Assembly: GCA_001873215.1 (NCBI GenBank)
Contig: MNYS01000006.1
Location: forward strand, 56,839 to 120,838
Length of the DNA stretch: 64,000 bases
Origin: Candidatus Levybacteria bacterium CG2_30_37_29
Lineage (GTDB): Bacteria; Patescibacteriota; Microgenomatia; Levybacterales; GWA1-39-11
Reading direction: 5' to 3'
Below, one piece after another: positions 19,401 through 29,204 of the stretch. The notes beneath the pieces were generated by a model. It was not told the origin of the DNA, did no database searches, and saw nothing but the letters and a program-made list of their open reading frames with translations. Position 1 is the first letter of the stretch; each line of letters starts with the position of its first letter. The position numbers were made by a program, and so were the translations under genes.

Positions 19401-20264
19401 TTAAGAAACTACAAGGCGAATTGCGGGGCTCATGGTGGATTTGAGAGTAACAGAGTTAATTTTTTCTGACCCTATTGTTTTAAGAGTTGTTTTTATATTC
19501 TCTTCCAGTTGCTTGTCTTCAAAAGATATTTTACCAACAGAAAGATGAATAATTGGCGCTTCTGACTCTGTTTTATAAGACACTTGTCCATGTGAGAGTT
19601 TTTCAATTAAAGCATCCGGCTTGTCTGTGATGGTTCCATTTTTTGGATTCGGCATAAGACCGCGCGGTCCCAAAATTTTTGCTACCTTTGCAAGAAGAGG
19701 CATTGTTGCTGGAGCGGCTATCAAAATATCAAAATCTATTTTTCCTTTTTCAACTTCGGCAATTAATGCTTCGTCTGCAACCTTGATTCTTAATTTCTTG
19801 CCGGTGCCGTGAGGTAAAGGAATTTGGCCTGAAATTCCTTTTTCTTTCACATTCAAATGAAGTTCTACTGTTTCGTCAAATTTTCCCTTTTTAAATTTTC
19901 GCAAGATAGATATGCCTTCAGAAAGTGGATAAATTGTGTCTTTTGCAACCAAATTTTTATTTTCTTTATATCGCTTTGAGAAAACTTTTACTTTTTTAAA
20001 TTTCTCTTTTTTCGTTTTTCCGCCAGAGTCGGACTGCGCTTCGCTTGTTGTTCCTTCTTGTGATGTTTGGTCAAGGGTTTGGGCAAGAATTTCTTCCTCT
20101 GTTGGTCCGACTGTTGTTATTCTTTGGCCCCCACCCATGTTTTTTAAGTGAGCAACACCTTGACCTTCGCGAAGAGTTTTCTGCTCACGTTTTTCCTTGA
20201 GCTTTTTTTGCTCTTCTTGTTCAAGACTTTCGTCGCCAATTGTTTTGACTCGTATTTTACCCAT
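19401..20264 (-). CDS. rplA: 50S ribosomal protein L1 with long N-terminal extension
   Basis: FDETVELH, LPHGTGK, LGPRGLMPNPKNGT, STMSP; follows rplK. Confidence 0.96.
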   Translation of the reverse strand: MGKIRVKTIGDESLEQEEQKKLKEKREQKTLREGQGVAHLKNMGGGQRITTVGPTEEEILAQTLDQTSQEGTTSEAQSDSGGKTKKEKFKKVKVFSKRYKENKNLVAKDTIYPLSEGISILRKFKKGKFDETVELHLNVKEKGISGQIPLPHGTGKKLRIKVADEALIAEVEKGKIDFDILIAAPATMPLLAKVAKILGPRGLMPNPKNGTITDKPDALIEKLSHGQVSYKTESEAPIIHLSVGKISFEDKQLEENIKTTLKTIGSEKINSVTLKSTMSPAIRLVVS

Positions 20265-20348
20265 AGTTTTTTTTAGCGTTTAGTTACTTAGCGTTTAGGG
20301 ATTAGTTTCTATAACTATACGCTATGCCCTAAAAACTAACAGCTAATA
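20265..20348. repeat. 7-nt periodic inverted repeat (TTAGCGT/TTAGGG type)
   Basis: TAG recurs every 7 nt, followed by its complement CTA every 7 nt. Confidence 0.65.
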
Positions 20349-20771
20349 TTATTCCGTCTGTATTCCCATTGAACGGGCGGCGCCTTTTACTATTTTTGCC
20401 GCTTGTTTTACGTCTTTTGTATTCAAATCATCCATTTTTATTGTTGCTATTTCTTCTGCCTGTGCGTTCGATAATTTAGAAACAATTTCTCTCCCGGGTT
20501 TTTGCGAAGCCTTTTCAAGCTTAAGAGCCTTTTTTATAAGCTCTGCAACCGGTGGTTTTTTGACTATGAAAGAGAATGTTCTATCTTCAAAGACTGTTAT
20601 AACTACAGGCAATACTGTTCCTTTTTGATCTCCTGTTTTATCATTAAAAGCCTTTACAAATTCCATAATAGGAAGTCCATGTTGTCCCAGTGCCGGGCCA
20701 ACAGGAGGAGCCGGATTTGCCTCTCCGCCTTTTATGTTTAATTTTATTAATGTCTTAATTTTTTTTGCCAT
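20349..20771 (-). CDS. rplK: 50S ribosomal protein L11
   Basis: [23 protein letters not shown]. Confidence 0.98.
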   Translation of the reverse strand: MAKKIKTLIKLNIKGGEANPAPPVGPALGQHGLPIMEFVKAFNDKTGDQKGTVLPVVITVFEDRTFSFIVKKPPVAELIKKALKLEKASQKPGREIVSKLSNAQAEEIATIKMDDLNTKDVKQAAKIVKGAARSMGIQTE

Positions 20772-20858
20772 TTTAGTTTAGGGTATAGTTTTTAGGGTAT
20801 AGGGTTTAGTTTGGAATTATAATTAACTAAACGCTAAACACTAGCAACTAAACGCTTT
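20772..20858. repeat. 7-nt periodic inverted repeat
   Basis: TTTAGGG/TATAGGG units, then CTAAACG/CTAAACA units. Confidence 0.65.
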
Positions 20859-21404
20859 CTAGATTTTCGCAACTTGCAAGAAATCTAATTCTACCGGTGT
20901 TTCACGGCCAAAAATACTTACAAGGACTTTTACTTTTCCCTTGCTTTCGTCAATTGATTCAACGGTTCCAAGAAAATCAGAGAAAGGTCCATCTGTAATT
21001 TTAACTGCTTCTCCCGATGAGAAAGCCGATTTGTAAATAGGCTCTTTCATTTCAACAAACTTTACAATTGCTTCCACTTCGTCATCTCTTACCGGTGTTG
21101 GTTTATTTTGTGTTCCGACAAAACTTGTTACCCCCGGAGTTGTGCGGACAAGAAGCCATGCCTCGTCATCAAGCGCCATTTTTACAAAAATATATCCCGC
21201 AAAAATCTTTTCCTTTACTGTTTCTTTTTTCCCGCCACGAACTTTTACTATTTCTTTTGTCGGGACCAAGACTTCAAAAATGCGTTCCTTAAATCCCATT
21301 GATTCCACGCGCTGCATGAGGGTCTTTGCGACTTTATTCTCGTGCCCCGAGTAGGTGTGGACAATATACCACCGTGGTCTGTTTTCTTGTAATAATGTAT
21401 CCAT
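20859..21404 (-). CDS. nusG: transcription factor NusG
   Basis: WYIVHTYSGHE, KOW motif GEAVKITDGPF, SIFGRETPVELDF. Confidence 0.98.
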   Translation of the reverse strand: MDTLLQENRPRWYIVHTYSGHENKVAKTLMQRVESMGFKERIFEVLVPTKEIVKVRGGKKETVKEKIFAGYIFVKMALDDEAWLLVRTTPGVTSFVGTQNKPTPVRDDEVEAIVKFVEMKEPIYKSAFSSGEAVKITDGPFSDFLGTVESIDESKGKVKVLVSIFGRETPVELDFLQVAKI

Positions 21405-21452
21405 ATCAGTTAATTTTCAATTTTAAGTTTTAAGTTTGCGATGACTTTATAA

Positions 21453-21626
21453 CTAGCGAACAATAAGCTCAAGCATTTTCGTAAAAATAAAATCCGCGCC
21501 GCCAAGGTAAAGTCCTACAATTAAAGTTATTCCTATTACGATAAAGGTAAGACGTGCAACTTCCGTGCGGCTTGGCCACGTAACTTTACCTAATTCGCTT
21601 TTTACTTCAATCAAAAACGTAAACAT
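21453..21626 (-). CDS. secE: preprotein translocase SecE (57 aa, not in ORF track)
   Basis: Manual translation MFTFLIEVKSELGKVTWPSRTEVARLT plus TM; directly upstream of nusG. Confidence 0.95.
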   Translation of the reverse strand: MFTFLIEVKSELGKVTWPSRTEVARLTFIVIGITLIVGLYLGGADFIFTKMLELIVR

Positions 21627-21862
21627 AGTTTCGGACTTAGAAAGATTATTCTACCACAGAAGTCAGGGTCGTATCAAGGGTAACTTTGTTTTGTCTTACT
21701 TGACAAGGGTTTTGGAGCGTTTTACAATTACAGATACAATCGCGAAAGATACTTAAATAATTATCAATTATAAATTATAAATTTTAAGTGAAATCTAAAT
21801 TTTAAAATTAAAGAATTAAAAATTCATTTAAAATTGAGAATTGAAAATTAAAAATTAATTTT

Positions 21863-22756
21863 ATGACTAAAATTAGAAAGGCTGTAATACCTGCGGCGGG
21901 CTTTGGAACCCGTTTTCTTCCTCAAACAAAAGCAATGCCCAAAGAAATGCTTCCGATAGTTGATAAACCAATTGTACAGTATATTGTTGAAGAGCTTGTT
22001 AATGCGGGAATTGAAGACATAATTATCGTTACGGGTTCTCACAAAAGGACAATTGAAGACCATTTTGACAGTCCATCTATGGAATTGGTAGAAAACCTTC
22101 GTATGGGTGGAGAAAAGAAGATGAAATTTTTGGAAGAAGCAGAAAGAATTGCTTCTATGGCCAATTTTATTTACGTCAGGCAAAAAGGCCCATATGGTAA
22201 TGGAACGCCATTATTAAACGTAAAGTCACTTATTGGCAATGAACCCTTTATTTATACTTGGAGCGATGACTTTATAAAAGCTCGTCCTAAATCACGTTTT
22301 CAACAGATGATTGAAGTTTATGAGAAGTATGGATGTTCGGTTTTGGCTTCTGTTAAGGCAAAAAGTGATGAGGATTATGATCGGTATGGTTTTGCAGGAG
22401 GGGAAGAAATTGAAGACGGACTTATTGATGCAAAAACCATTATTGAAAAGCCGGGGAAGCAAAATGCCCCTTCAGACCTTGCAACGGTCAGTGGATTTAT
22501 CTTTACTCCTGACATCTTTCAATATCTTGATGGTGCGCTCAATAATCTTCGTGAAGGGGACGAACTTTATTATAACGATGCATTGAAATTAATGCTGAAC
22601 GATAAAAAAAGAGTTTTGGCGTATGAAATAAAGGGTGGGAAATACTACGATACGGGTAATAAGTTGGAGTATATGAAAACTGTTGTTGAGTTGGCGTTGG
22701 AGCATCCGGACGTAAAAGAAGAATTCAAAAAATTTCTAAAAGACCTGAATCTATAG
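21863..22756 (+). CDS. galU: UTP-glucose-1-phosphate uridylyltransferase
   Basis: KAVIPAAGFGTRFLPQTKAMPKEMLPIVDKP, EKP, YYDTGNK. Confidence 0.95.
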   Translation: MTKIRKAVIPAAGFGTRFLPQTKAMPKEMLPIVDKPIVQYIVEELVNAGIEDIIIVTGSHKRTIEDHFDSPSMELVENLRMGGEKKMKFLEEAERIASMANFIYVRQKGPYGNGTPLLNVKSLIGNEPFIYTWSDDFIKARPKSRFQQMIEVYEKYGCSVLASVKAKSDEDYDRYGFAGGEEIEDGLIDAKTIIEKPGKQNAPSDLATVSGFIFTPDIFQYLDGALNNLREGDELYYNDALKLMLNDKKRVLAYEIKGGKYYDTGNKLEYMKTVVELALEHPDVKEEFKKFLKDLNL

Positions 22757-23584
22757 TTCTTTCCCAAGATACTCTTTTGGCGCTATTTTAGCTTGTTCAG
22801 AAAATACAGCTTCTTCAATATTTTGCAAATTTCTTTGCCTCCATTTATCTCTTGTTTCATTTTCTTTTATATCAATTTTTGCTCTGTTTAATAATTCATT
22901 AAGCGTTATCGTTTCACCGTGAATTACTTTATATTTCTTAAACAACTTAAGACCTCTTACTTTTTTGTCGCCATAATTTTCAAGACCATTTATTTCAAAC
23001 GCGACAAAATGAATCCACGAATCCTCAATCGATACTCCGCGGTCATAAAGTCCTTTGATAAGACGCGTTACAACGCCATCTTTATCAAGTGTTAATTTTG
23101 GTTTTCTTGTTGCGTTTGATGCGACAACAACAATTCCACCGTCTCTAACGGTTGGCGCCGCCTCATCTAAATATTGAAGAGTTCCCTCACCGCGTTTCAA
23201 ATCATTTTCTCCTTTTTTGTCTGCGCGATATTTTGATTCAGGAGTGACGACCTTAATTGCTTTTACGCCAATAGATTTTGCAAACGGCAAAAGACCAAAA
23301 AATGCCTGATGTTTTGCAATTGGCGCTGTAATTTTTACACTTTTTGCTTGATTTTTTGTGATGCTGTCAATTGCCCAAAGAGGATCCGAAGTACTAAAAT
23401 GCATCTCAACAACTATTCCGCCTTTTCCCTGCCCTACATATTCGCAAAGTTTTTCAAGGCCACCAAAATCATCTACAGATCCTTCCGTTCTAAGAAGAGG
23501 ATGCCGCAATATTCCCCGCGCCGCTTCTCTCCAAACAACCTGCAAGGGATTTATTCCGGCAGATCTTTCTTGGGATTCTTTCAT
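22751..23584 (-). CDS. putative PlsC-like lysophospholipid acyltransferase-fold protein
   Basis: HFSTSD (HxxxxD) after a beta strand; VVVASNATR at the FPEGTR position. Confidence 0.5.
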   Translation of the reverse strand: MKESQERSAGINPLQVVWREAARGILRHPLLRTEGSVDDFGGLEKLCEYVGQGKGGIVVEMHFSTSDPLWAIDSITKNQAKSVKITAPIAKHQAFFGLLPFAKSIGVKAIKVVTPESKYRADKKGENDLKRGEGTLQYLDEAAPTVRDGGIVVVASNATRKPKLTLDKDGVVTRLIKGLYDRGVSIEDSWIHFVAFEINGLENYGDKKVRGLKLFKKYKVIHGETITLNELLNRAKIDIKENETRDKWRQRNLQNIEEAVFSEQAKIAPKEYLGKEL

Positions 23585-23738
23585 AGAGTGGGATTATAGC
23601 ACAAAAGTCAATTACCCTTGCCAAAAGAGAGGGGGTGCGGCCCTTAAAAGGAATTTAAAGTTGAATAGTTGACAATTTGCGAAACTATAGTAGAATATAT
23701 AGTAGATATATAATTAGACATATACTAAGGAGAAATAT

Positions 23739-24014
23739 ATGCAAACAACACAAGATAGAGTACAAAAATTAGTAACATTTTCCCCAAAGCTATATAACAG
23801 TGCTGTAGCCAGAGCCAACAGCCTGGGTATTCCCTTTGCTGAGTATGTCAGACACACGCTCATTAAAGATGTTGAGGAAAGCACAAGAAACCTACCAATG
23901 GTTGACTCCGGAACAGAGAAAAGAATTGGTCAAAGCCTTAAGGATCTGGAAGAAGGCAGATATACTGTTATTCGTGGCAAAAAAGAACTAGATTCTCATC
24001 TGGATAGCCTCTAA
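23739..24014 (+). CDS. putative antitoxin (RHH-like)
   Basis: 91 aa; upstream of a RelE-like gene; near-consensus TTGACA/TAGAAT promoter; C-terminal SLKDLEEGR. Confidence 0.72.
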   Translation: MQTTQDRVQKLVTFSPKLYNSAVARANSLGIPFAEYVRHTLIKDVEESTRNLPMVDSGTEKRIGQSLKDLEEGRYTVIRGKKELDSHLDSL

Positions 24015-24022
24015 AGCTTAGT

Positions 24023-24313
24023 ATGTTTACTCTTGTTTTTACCAAGAATTTTGATGAAACCTACGCTTCAGTTATTAAAGAAAACAAAGAAGTAGAAAAG
24101 AAAGCCAGAAAAGCATTACATTTTTTGGAACAAGATCCATTTTATCCCTCGCTTAAGACACACAAAGCTAATACCAAAAATTATGGAGAAAAATGGAGCA
24201 GTTGGGTAACCGGAGATATTCGTATTATTTGGGATTATGATACTGAAAAGAGATTAATTATTATCCTTTTAGATATAGGCAAACACAGCGGAACTCACAA
24301 AGTATATAAATAA
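24023..24313 (+). CDS. RelE/YafQ-family toxin
   Basis: FTKNF...DPFYPSLKTHK...DIRIIW...LDIGKH..VY pattern. Confidence 0.85.
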   Translation: MFTLVFTKNFDETYASVIKENKEVEKKARKALHFLEQDPFYPSLKTHKANTKNYGEKWSSWVTGDIRIIWDYDTEKRLIIILLDIGKHSGTHKVYK

Positions 24314-24730
24314 CATTCACTTTACCCTTGCCAAAAAAGGGGCGTAAGTCCTTCAATAACTCTTTTTTGAAAATAATTTCAAATCTAAACTCGAGGAATA
24401 GAAAACATTTGAACCAGGTTGTATTAGGTGCGGTAAATAAAAATCTACCGAGTCTACCAATAGGCGTTAAAGTTCTTTATTCTATCCGCCAGTTTTCTTC
24501 TTTACCCACGTAATGTTTTAGAACTATCTTAACAACTCGACCTATACTTCCCTTTGAAAAGAGACTGTGTGTGAATTCTCAAGACTTTCAATATACCCAA
24601 ATTAAAACAACCAGCCTGCAAACTACCGAGCATAGCTAACGATTATACTAGAGGCAAGGCGGAATTGTAAAGGAATCTTTGTCAGTTCTCGGCCTGAAAG
24701 CCTCGAAGGGTGAAGTGTGAGACTAATTCA

Positions 24731-25237
24731 TTATCTAAAAAGTCTAAAAAGATAATAAGGACCAGTATAAATTATAGTAGCTAGTCCATAGTATATATAA
24801 TATATTATTTTTGAAAGACCGAGAATGCCGATTATCGAAATGCTTAACAGCCATAATAAAACGATATATTTAAGTCTGAATTTTGAGAACACAACCATTG
24901 GAAATAGTATCGGTAGAGAATTTATGATTCCTATTGAAATAAAAAAAGCTAGCGTAGCGTAGAGTCCTAAACCAAATCCTGGGGTGCCGAGTCCAGTACC
25001 GCTCCCGGTTGCAGTGGCCGAAAAAAAGACAAGAATAACCCCAATTATTAATGATAAAATACATAGAACAATCGATGAGATAATTATTACTTTTCTAATC
25101 TTTCCATAACGATAGCTCAAGTAATTAAGACACAGAAGAATGAAAAAAAGTAAAAGAATAATTGGCGCAATTGTCCAAATATAATTCATATAAAACACTG
25201 ATCTATCCGTAAACATATTTACTCTCGCTAAATCCAT
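24731..25237 (-). CDS. multi-pass membrane protein
   Basis: Four hydrophobic segments; start uncertain (track ORF extends to 25303). Confidence 0.6.
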   Translation of the reverse strand: MDLARVNMFTDRSVFYMNYIWTIAPIILLLFFILLCLNYLSYRYGKIRKVIIISSIVLCILSLIIGVILVFFSATATGSGTGLGTPGFGLGLYATLAFFISIGIINSLPILFPMVVFSKFRLKYIVLLWLLSISIIGILGLSKIIYYIYYGLATIIYTGPYYLFRLFR

Positions 25238-25340
25238 TAAAACAAAGCTTGAGTTATATTGCAAATTCCCTTGCCAAAAGAGGAGCGCGCCGCACAAAAT
25301 CATTGTTTCAAAACGTTTTTTAGGGTAAGATAAAGAGGCT

Positions 25341-27047
25341 ATGATGGATATAAAAGAACATATTGCAGGAAAACTTAAGGCGATTTTGACTGAATTAAAG
25401 TTTGAAGGTGTGCCGGAAATAAAAATATCGGATAATCCCGAGCATGGCGATTACTATACAAATTTAGCCATGCGTCTTGCAAAACAATCCGGAAAAAATC
25501 CACTGGAAATTGCCGAAGAGCTTAAATTGAAAATTGAAAATTTAAAATTGAAAATTCTCGACAGAGTCGAAGCTGTCAAACCGGGATTTATTAATTTTTG
25601 GGTTTCTGAAAAGTATCTGCTGGAAAATTTAAGTTCGATTGTTGACAAAAAAGAAGAATTCGGAAAAGGGAGTTTGTTCACAAGCAAAAAAGTAATGGTT
25701 GAATTTACGGATCCAAATCCTCTTAAGGAATTTCACATAGGTCATCTCTACAGTAATGCGGTGGGAGAGAGTCTTGCGCGTTTATTCGAGTCTCAAAGTG
25801 CGGAAGTTTGGAGAGTGTGTTATCAGGGGGATGTAGGACTTCATGTTGCAAAAGCGCTTTACGGAATATTAAATCACAGTGAAGGTATTAAGAGCTTTGA
25901 AGACAAACCGCTTTCGGTTCGCGCAAAATTTTTAGGCGAAACATATGCGGAAGGCGCAAAAGCTTATGAAAATGACGAAGATGCCAAAAAAGAAATTGAG
26001 AGTTTGAATAAAAAGGTATACGAGAAAGATGCATCTATTTTTCCTTTGTATGAAATAGCAAAAGGGTGGAGTCTTGAATATTTTGAGACGATTTATCAAA
26101 AACTTGGGACAAAGTTTAAACGCTATTATTTTGAATCAGAAGCAGGTGTTGTAGGTTTGAAAATTGTGAAACAACACATCGGCGATATTTTCGCAGAAGA
26201 TAAAGGCTCTGTCATTTTTCCAAAAGAAAAGTCAGGCCTTCACACGCGGGTTTTTGTAAATTCGTTGGGGCTTCCGACATACGAAGCAAAAGAGCTTGGT
26301 CTTGCGCCCACAAAATACAAAGATTTCCCCTACGACTTATCAGTAATTGTGACGGGAAATGAAATTAATGAATATTTTAAAGTTTTGCTGAAGGCTTTGT
26401 CATTGATCGAGCCTAGTTTGGCCGCTAAAACAAAACACATTTCTCATGGGATGGTTAGATTGCCCAGCGGAAAAATGTCCAGTAGAACAGGAGATATAAT
26501 TGCCGGAGACGCACTTATTGATGAAGTAGAGAATAGAATTCAGAAATCATATCCTGATGTTACAAAAGAGGTCATATCAAAAATTGCCGTTTGTGCCGTA
26601 AAATACGCACTTCTTAAGTCAAATATCGGAGGAGACATAACTTTCTCTTTTGAAGAATCTATTAATTTAAACGGAAATTCAGGACCGTATCTTCAATATA
26701 CGTATGTAAGGACGCAAAGTGTTCTGGGCAAGGCAAAAAATAATAATTTTCAATTTTCAATTTTAAATTTTCAATTAAATGAGGAAGAGTTAAATGTTCT
26801 AAGATTGTTATCAATATATCAACAAATTGCTTTAGAGGCAGCAGAAAAGTACTCACCTAATCTGGTTGCAAATTACCTTTTTGAACTATCTCAAAAGTTT
26901 AATCTTTTCTATCAGAAGCATTCTATACTTACGCCGGAAGAAGGTAAAGAGATTCGAGATTTTCGTTTAAGTTTAACTTCTGCCGTAGGCCAAGTCCTCA
27001 AAAACGGCCTTCAACTTCTCGGGATCGAAACGGTTGAGAAGATGTAA
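25341..27047 (+). CDS. argS: arginine--tRNA ligase
   Basis: HGDY, HIGH, KMSSRTG, GPYLQYTYVR, LGIETVEKM. Confidence 0.98.
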   Translation: MMDIKEHIAGKLKAILTELKFEGVPEIKISDNPEHGDYYTNLAMRLAKQSGKNPLEIAEELKLKIENLKLKILDRVEAVKPGFINFWVSEKYLLENLSSIVDKKEEFGKGSLFTSKKVMVEFTDPNPLKEFHIGHLYSNAVGESLARLFESQSAEVWRVCYQGDVGLHVAKALYGILNHSEGIKSFEDKPLSVRAKFLGETYAEGAKAYENDEDAKKEIESLNKKVYEKDASIFPLYEIAKGWSLEYFETIYQKLGTKFKRYYFESEAGVVGLKIVKQHIGDIFAEDKGSVIFPKEKSGLHTRVFVNSLGLPTYEAKELGLAPTKYKDFPYDLSVIVTGNEINEYFKVLLKALSLIEPSLAAKTKHISHGMVRLPSGKMSSRTGDIIAGDALIDEVENRIQKSYPDVTKEVISKIAVCAVKYALLKSNIGGDITFSFEESINLNGNSGPYLQYTYVRTQSVLGKAKNNNFQFSILNFQLNEEELNVLRLLSIYQQIALEAAEKYSPNLVANYLFELSQKFNLFYQKHSILTPEEGKEIRDFRLSLTSAVGQVLKNGLQLLGIETVEKM

Positions 27048-27250
27048 AATTAGTGGCTGTTATTTCCAGAACTTGAAAGGTAAGACGTAGCATGAGATAA
27101 TATAAAAATACTGGACGGTAGAGAATAGAATGTAGAAGATTGTGTTTGAGGGTTGAAAATATGAGATAGGGAATTTAAAATTTCTATTTTCCAGTTTCCA
27201 TCTTCAAAAAACCATTTTCTATTGTCAATTATCTATCGTCAATTTATTTT

Positions 27251-28519
27251 ATGATTTACCACAATTTTACACTTAAAAACGGTTTGAGGATTGTTGTTGT
27301 ACCTATCAACGAAGTTGAAAGCGTCACAACCATGATACTTGTCGGTGCAGGAAGTCGTTATGAAGACAAGACAAATAGCGGAATTTCCCACTTTTTGGAG
27401 CACATGGCTTTTAAGGGAACAAAAAACCGCCCGACCGCACTTGAAATTTCTACTCTTATTGACGGTGCCGGTGCTGAAAGCAACGCCTTTACAGGTAAAG
27501 AAATTACAGGTTATTTTATAAAGTCTGCTGCAAGCCAGGTAAATCTTTCGCTTGATATTCTCTCAGACATGCTGACAAATTTACTTTTGGATCCCAAAGA
27601 AATTGCCAAAGAACGCGGAGTAATTTTGGAAGAGATAAATCTTTATGAGGATACACCACCCCGGAAAATCGGAGATGTTTACGAACAGTTATTATATGGA
27701 GATACGCCGATGGGATGGGATGTTGCAGGAAATAAAGACATCATAAATAAAATTATACGAGAGGACTTCGCAAAATATATGAAAAAATTCTATTCGGCAA
27801 CAAATATGGCTGTTATCGTTGCGGGAAAAGTGAAAGTAGAGGATATATTAAAAAAAGCCGATAAGTATTTTTCAGGACTACCGACTTTTGTGACGCCGCC
27901 TCCGCCAGGAATTGTTGAAGTTCAAAAAGCTCCTGCTGTTTCAATAAAATTCAAAAAAACAGAGCAGGCGCATTTTGCTCTTGGTGTAAGAACTATCGGT
28001 CTTGTAAATGAAAAAGATCATTATCCGCTTTCTGTTCTTGCCGCGATTTTGGGAGGTGGAATGTCTTCTCGTCTTTTCCATGAGGTCAGGGAAAAAAGAG
28101 GACTTGCTTATTATGTCAGAACTTCTTCTGATAATTATGTGGATTGCGGAACACTTGCGACTTATGTCGGAGCAGATCCGGCCCGAATTGATGAAGCGAT
28201 AAAAGTGGTTGTTGAGGAATACAAAAAAATCCAAAAAAAAGGCGAGATAACGCAAAAAGAGCTTGATAAATCAAGAGAATACGTGAAGGGTCATTTTGTT
28301 TTGGAACTTGAGGATACGCGCTCTGTTGCGATTTTTTATGGTTCTTCTTTGCTTCTTGAAAAAAAACTTGAGAATCCGGATGTGATAATCAAAAAAACAG
28401 ACGCGGTTACATTAGATGATATTCAAAGAGTTATAAAAAAATACCTCACAGGCCCTCTAAATCTTGCCATCATCGGCGATTTTGAAAACTCCGAAAGATT
28501 CGAAAAACTGCTGAAATAG
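27251..28519 (+). CDS. M16 family zinc peptidase
   Basis: HFLEH inverted zinc motif, GGGMSSRLF.EVREKRGLAY. Confidence 0.95.
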   Translation: MIYHNFTLKNGLRIVVVPINEVESVTTMILVGAGSRYEDKTNSGISHFLEHMAFKGTKNRPTALEISTLIDGAGAESNAFTGKEITGYFIKSAASQVNLSLDILSDMLTNLLLDPKEIAKERGVILEEINLYEDTPPRKIGDVYEQLLYGDTPMGWDVAGNKDIINKIIREDFAKYMKKFYSATNMAVIVAGKVKVEDILKKADKYFSGLPTFVTPPPPGIVEVQKAPAVSIKFKKTEQAHFALGVRTIGLVNEKDHYPLSVLAAILGGGMSSRLFHEVREKRGLAYYVRTSSDNYVDCGTLATYVGADPARIDEAIKVVVEEYKKIQKKGEITQKELDKSREYVKGHFVLELEDTRSVAIFYGSSLLLEKKLENPDVIIKKTDAVTLDDIQRVIKKYLTGPLNLAIIGDFENSERFEKLLK

Positions 28520-28561
28520 ATTTTTTCTAACAGATTAAACTTCTAAAAAGTTTATTTTTAG

Positions 28562-29041
28562 TTATTTCGTGCGGGGGTGGAGCATTCTTTCGGCCATTCT
28601 TTCTGTGTTTGGGGCTTTTAGAATAGGTGCGTTAGCTTGATAGGCTGTTATATTCTCCCAAATTCTAGGTTGTGACCCCGGAGAAAACGTTGCAATAACA
28701 GGCGCATTGTAATCTTTCCAATGGGGGAAAACTATATTTCCTCCATTTTCAAGAATAGCTTTTGCAGCCTCAACTTGCCTTTTCCATACATTAGATTCTT
28801 CGGCATATTTACAAAGTAAAGGTTCATTTGCTTGGCGGAATCCATCAGTCACAAGAAGAACCGGAATGGCAAGCGGGTTTCTATCGTTAAGAAGATTGAG
28901 TCCTTTGTTTGCAAGTTTTTGACGGCTCAATTTTGCATTTGACGGGTCTTCTATCAGCTCACCCAAAAGAACCCGTACATCTTTTAAAATCTTTCTTGAA
29001 CTTTCAATTTCACTTGTTTGAAGACTTTCTTTTTGACTCAT
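28562..29041 (-). CDS. hypothetical protein
   Basis: 159 aa ORF. Confidence 0.6.
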   Translation of the reverse strand: MSQKESLQTSEIESSRKILKDVRVLLGELIEDPSNAKLSRQKLANKGLNLLNDRNPLAIPVLLVTDGFRQANEPLLCKYAEESNVWKRQVEAAKAILENGGNIVFPHWKDYNAPVIATFSPGSQPRIWENITAYQANAPILKAPNTERMAERMLHPRTK

Positions 29042-29127
29042 AAAGCTTTTGCATTTTAGTGTTTGATAATTCTTTTGTCAAGAAAGAGTTCTCCTTGCAA
29101 TTTAATATGATTTTTTATATGATAATT

Positions 29128-29182
29128 TATACCTGTAACTCTTGGCTTGCCCAAGCTCAGCCAGAGACTCTAGGTATATTTG
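29128..29182 (+). repeat. 55-nt hairpin repeat, copy 1
   Basis: 54/55 identical to 33203-33257. Confidence 0.92.
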
Positions 29183-29204
29183 CTTCAGAGGAAGCAGCGC
29201 AAAT

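Noticed and set aside
20265-21862. CRISPR array
   Set aside because: Degenerate heptamer runs with no constant repeat-spacer units and no cas genes
29142-29204. N-terminal extension of Ndk
   Set aside because: It runs through the repeated hairpin; Ndk homology begins at MEQTFVMIKPD (29205)
29183-29204. SRP RNA (GGAAGCAGC word)
   Set aside because: Lacks the CAGG-x-GNRA-AGCAG helix-8 arrangement and a long closing stem
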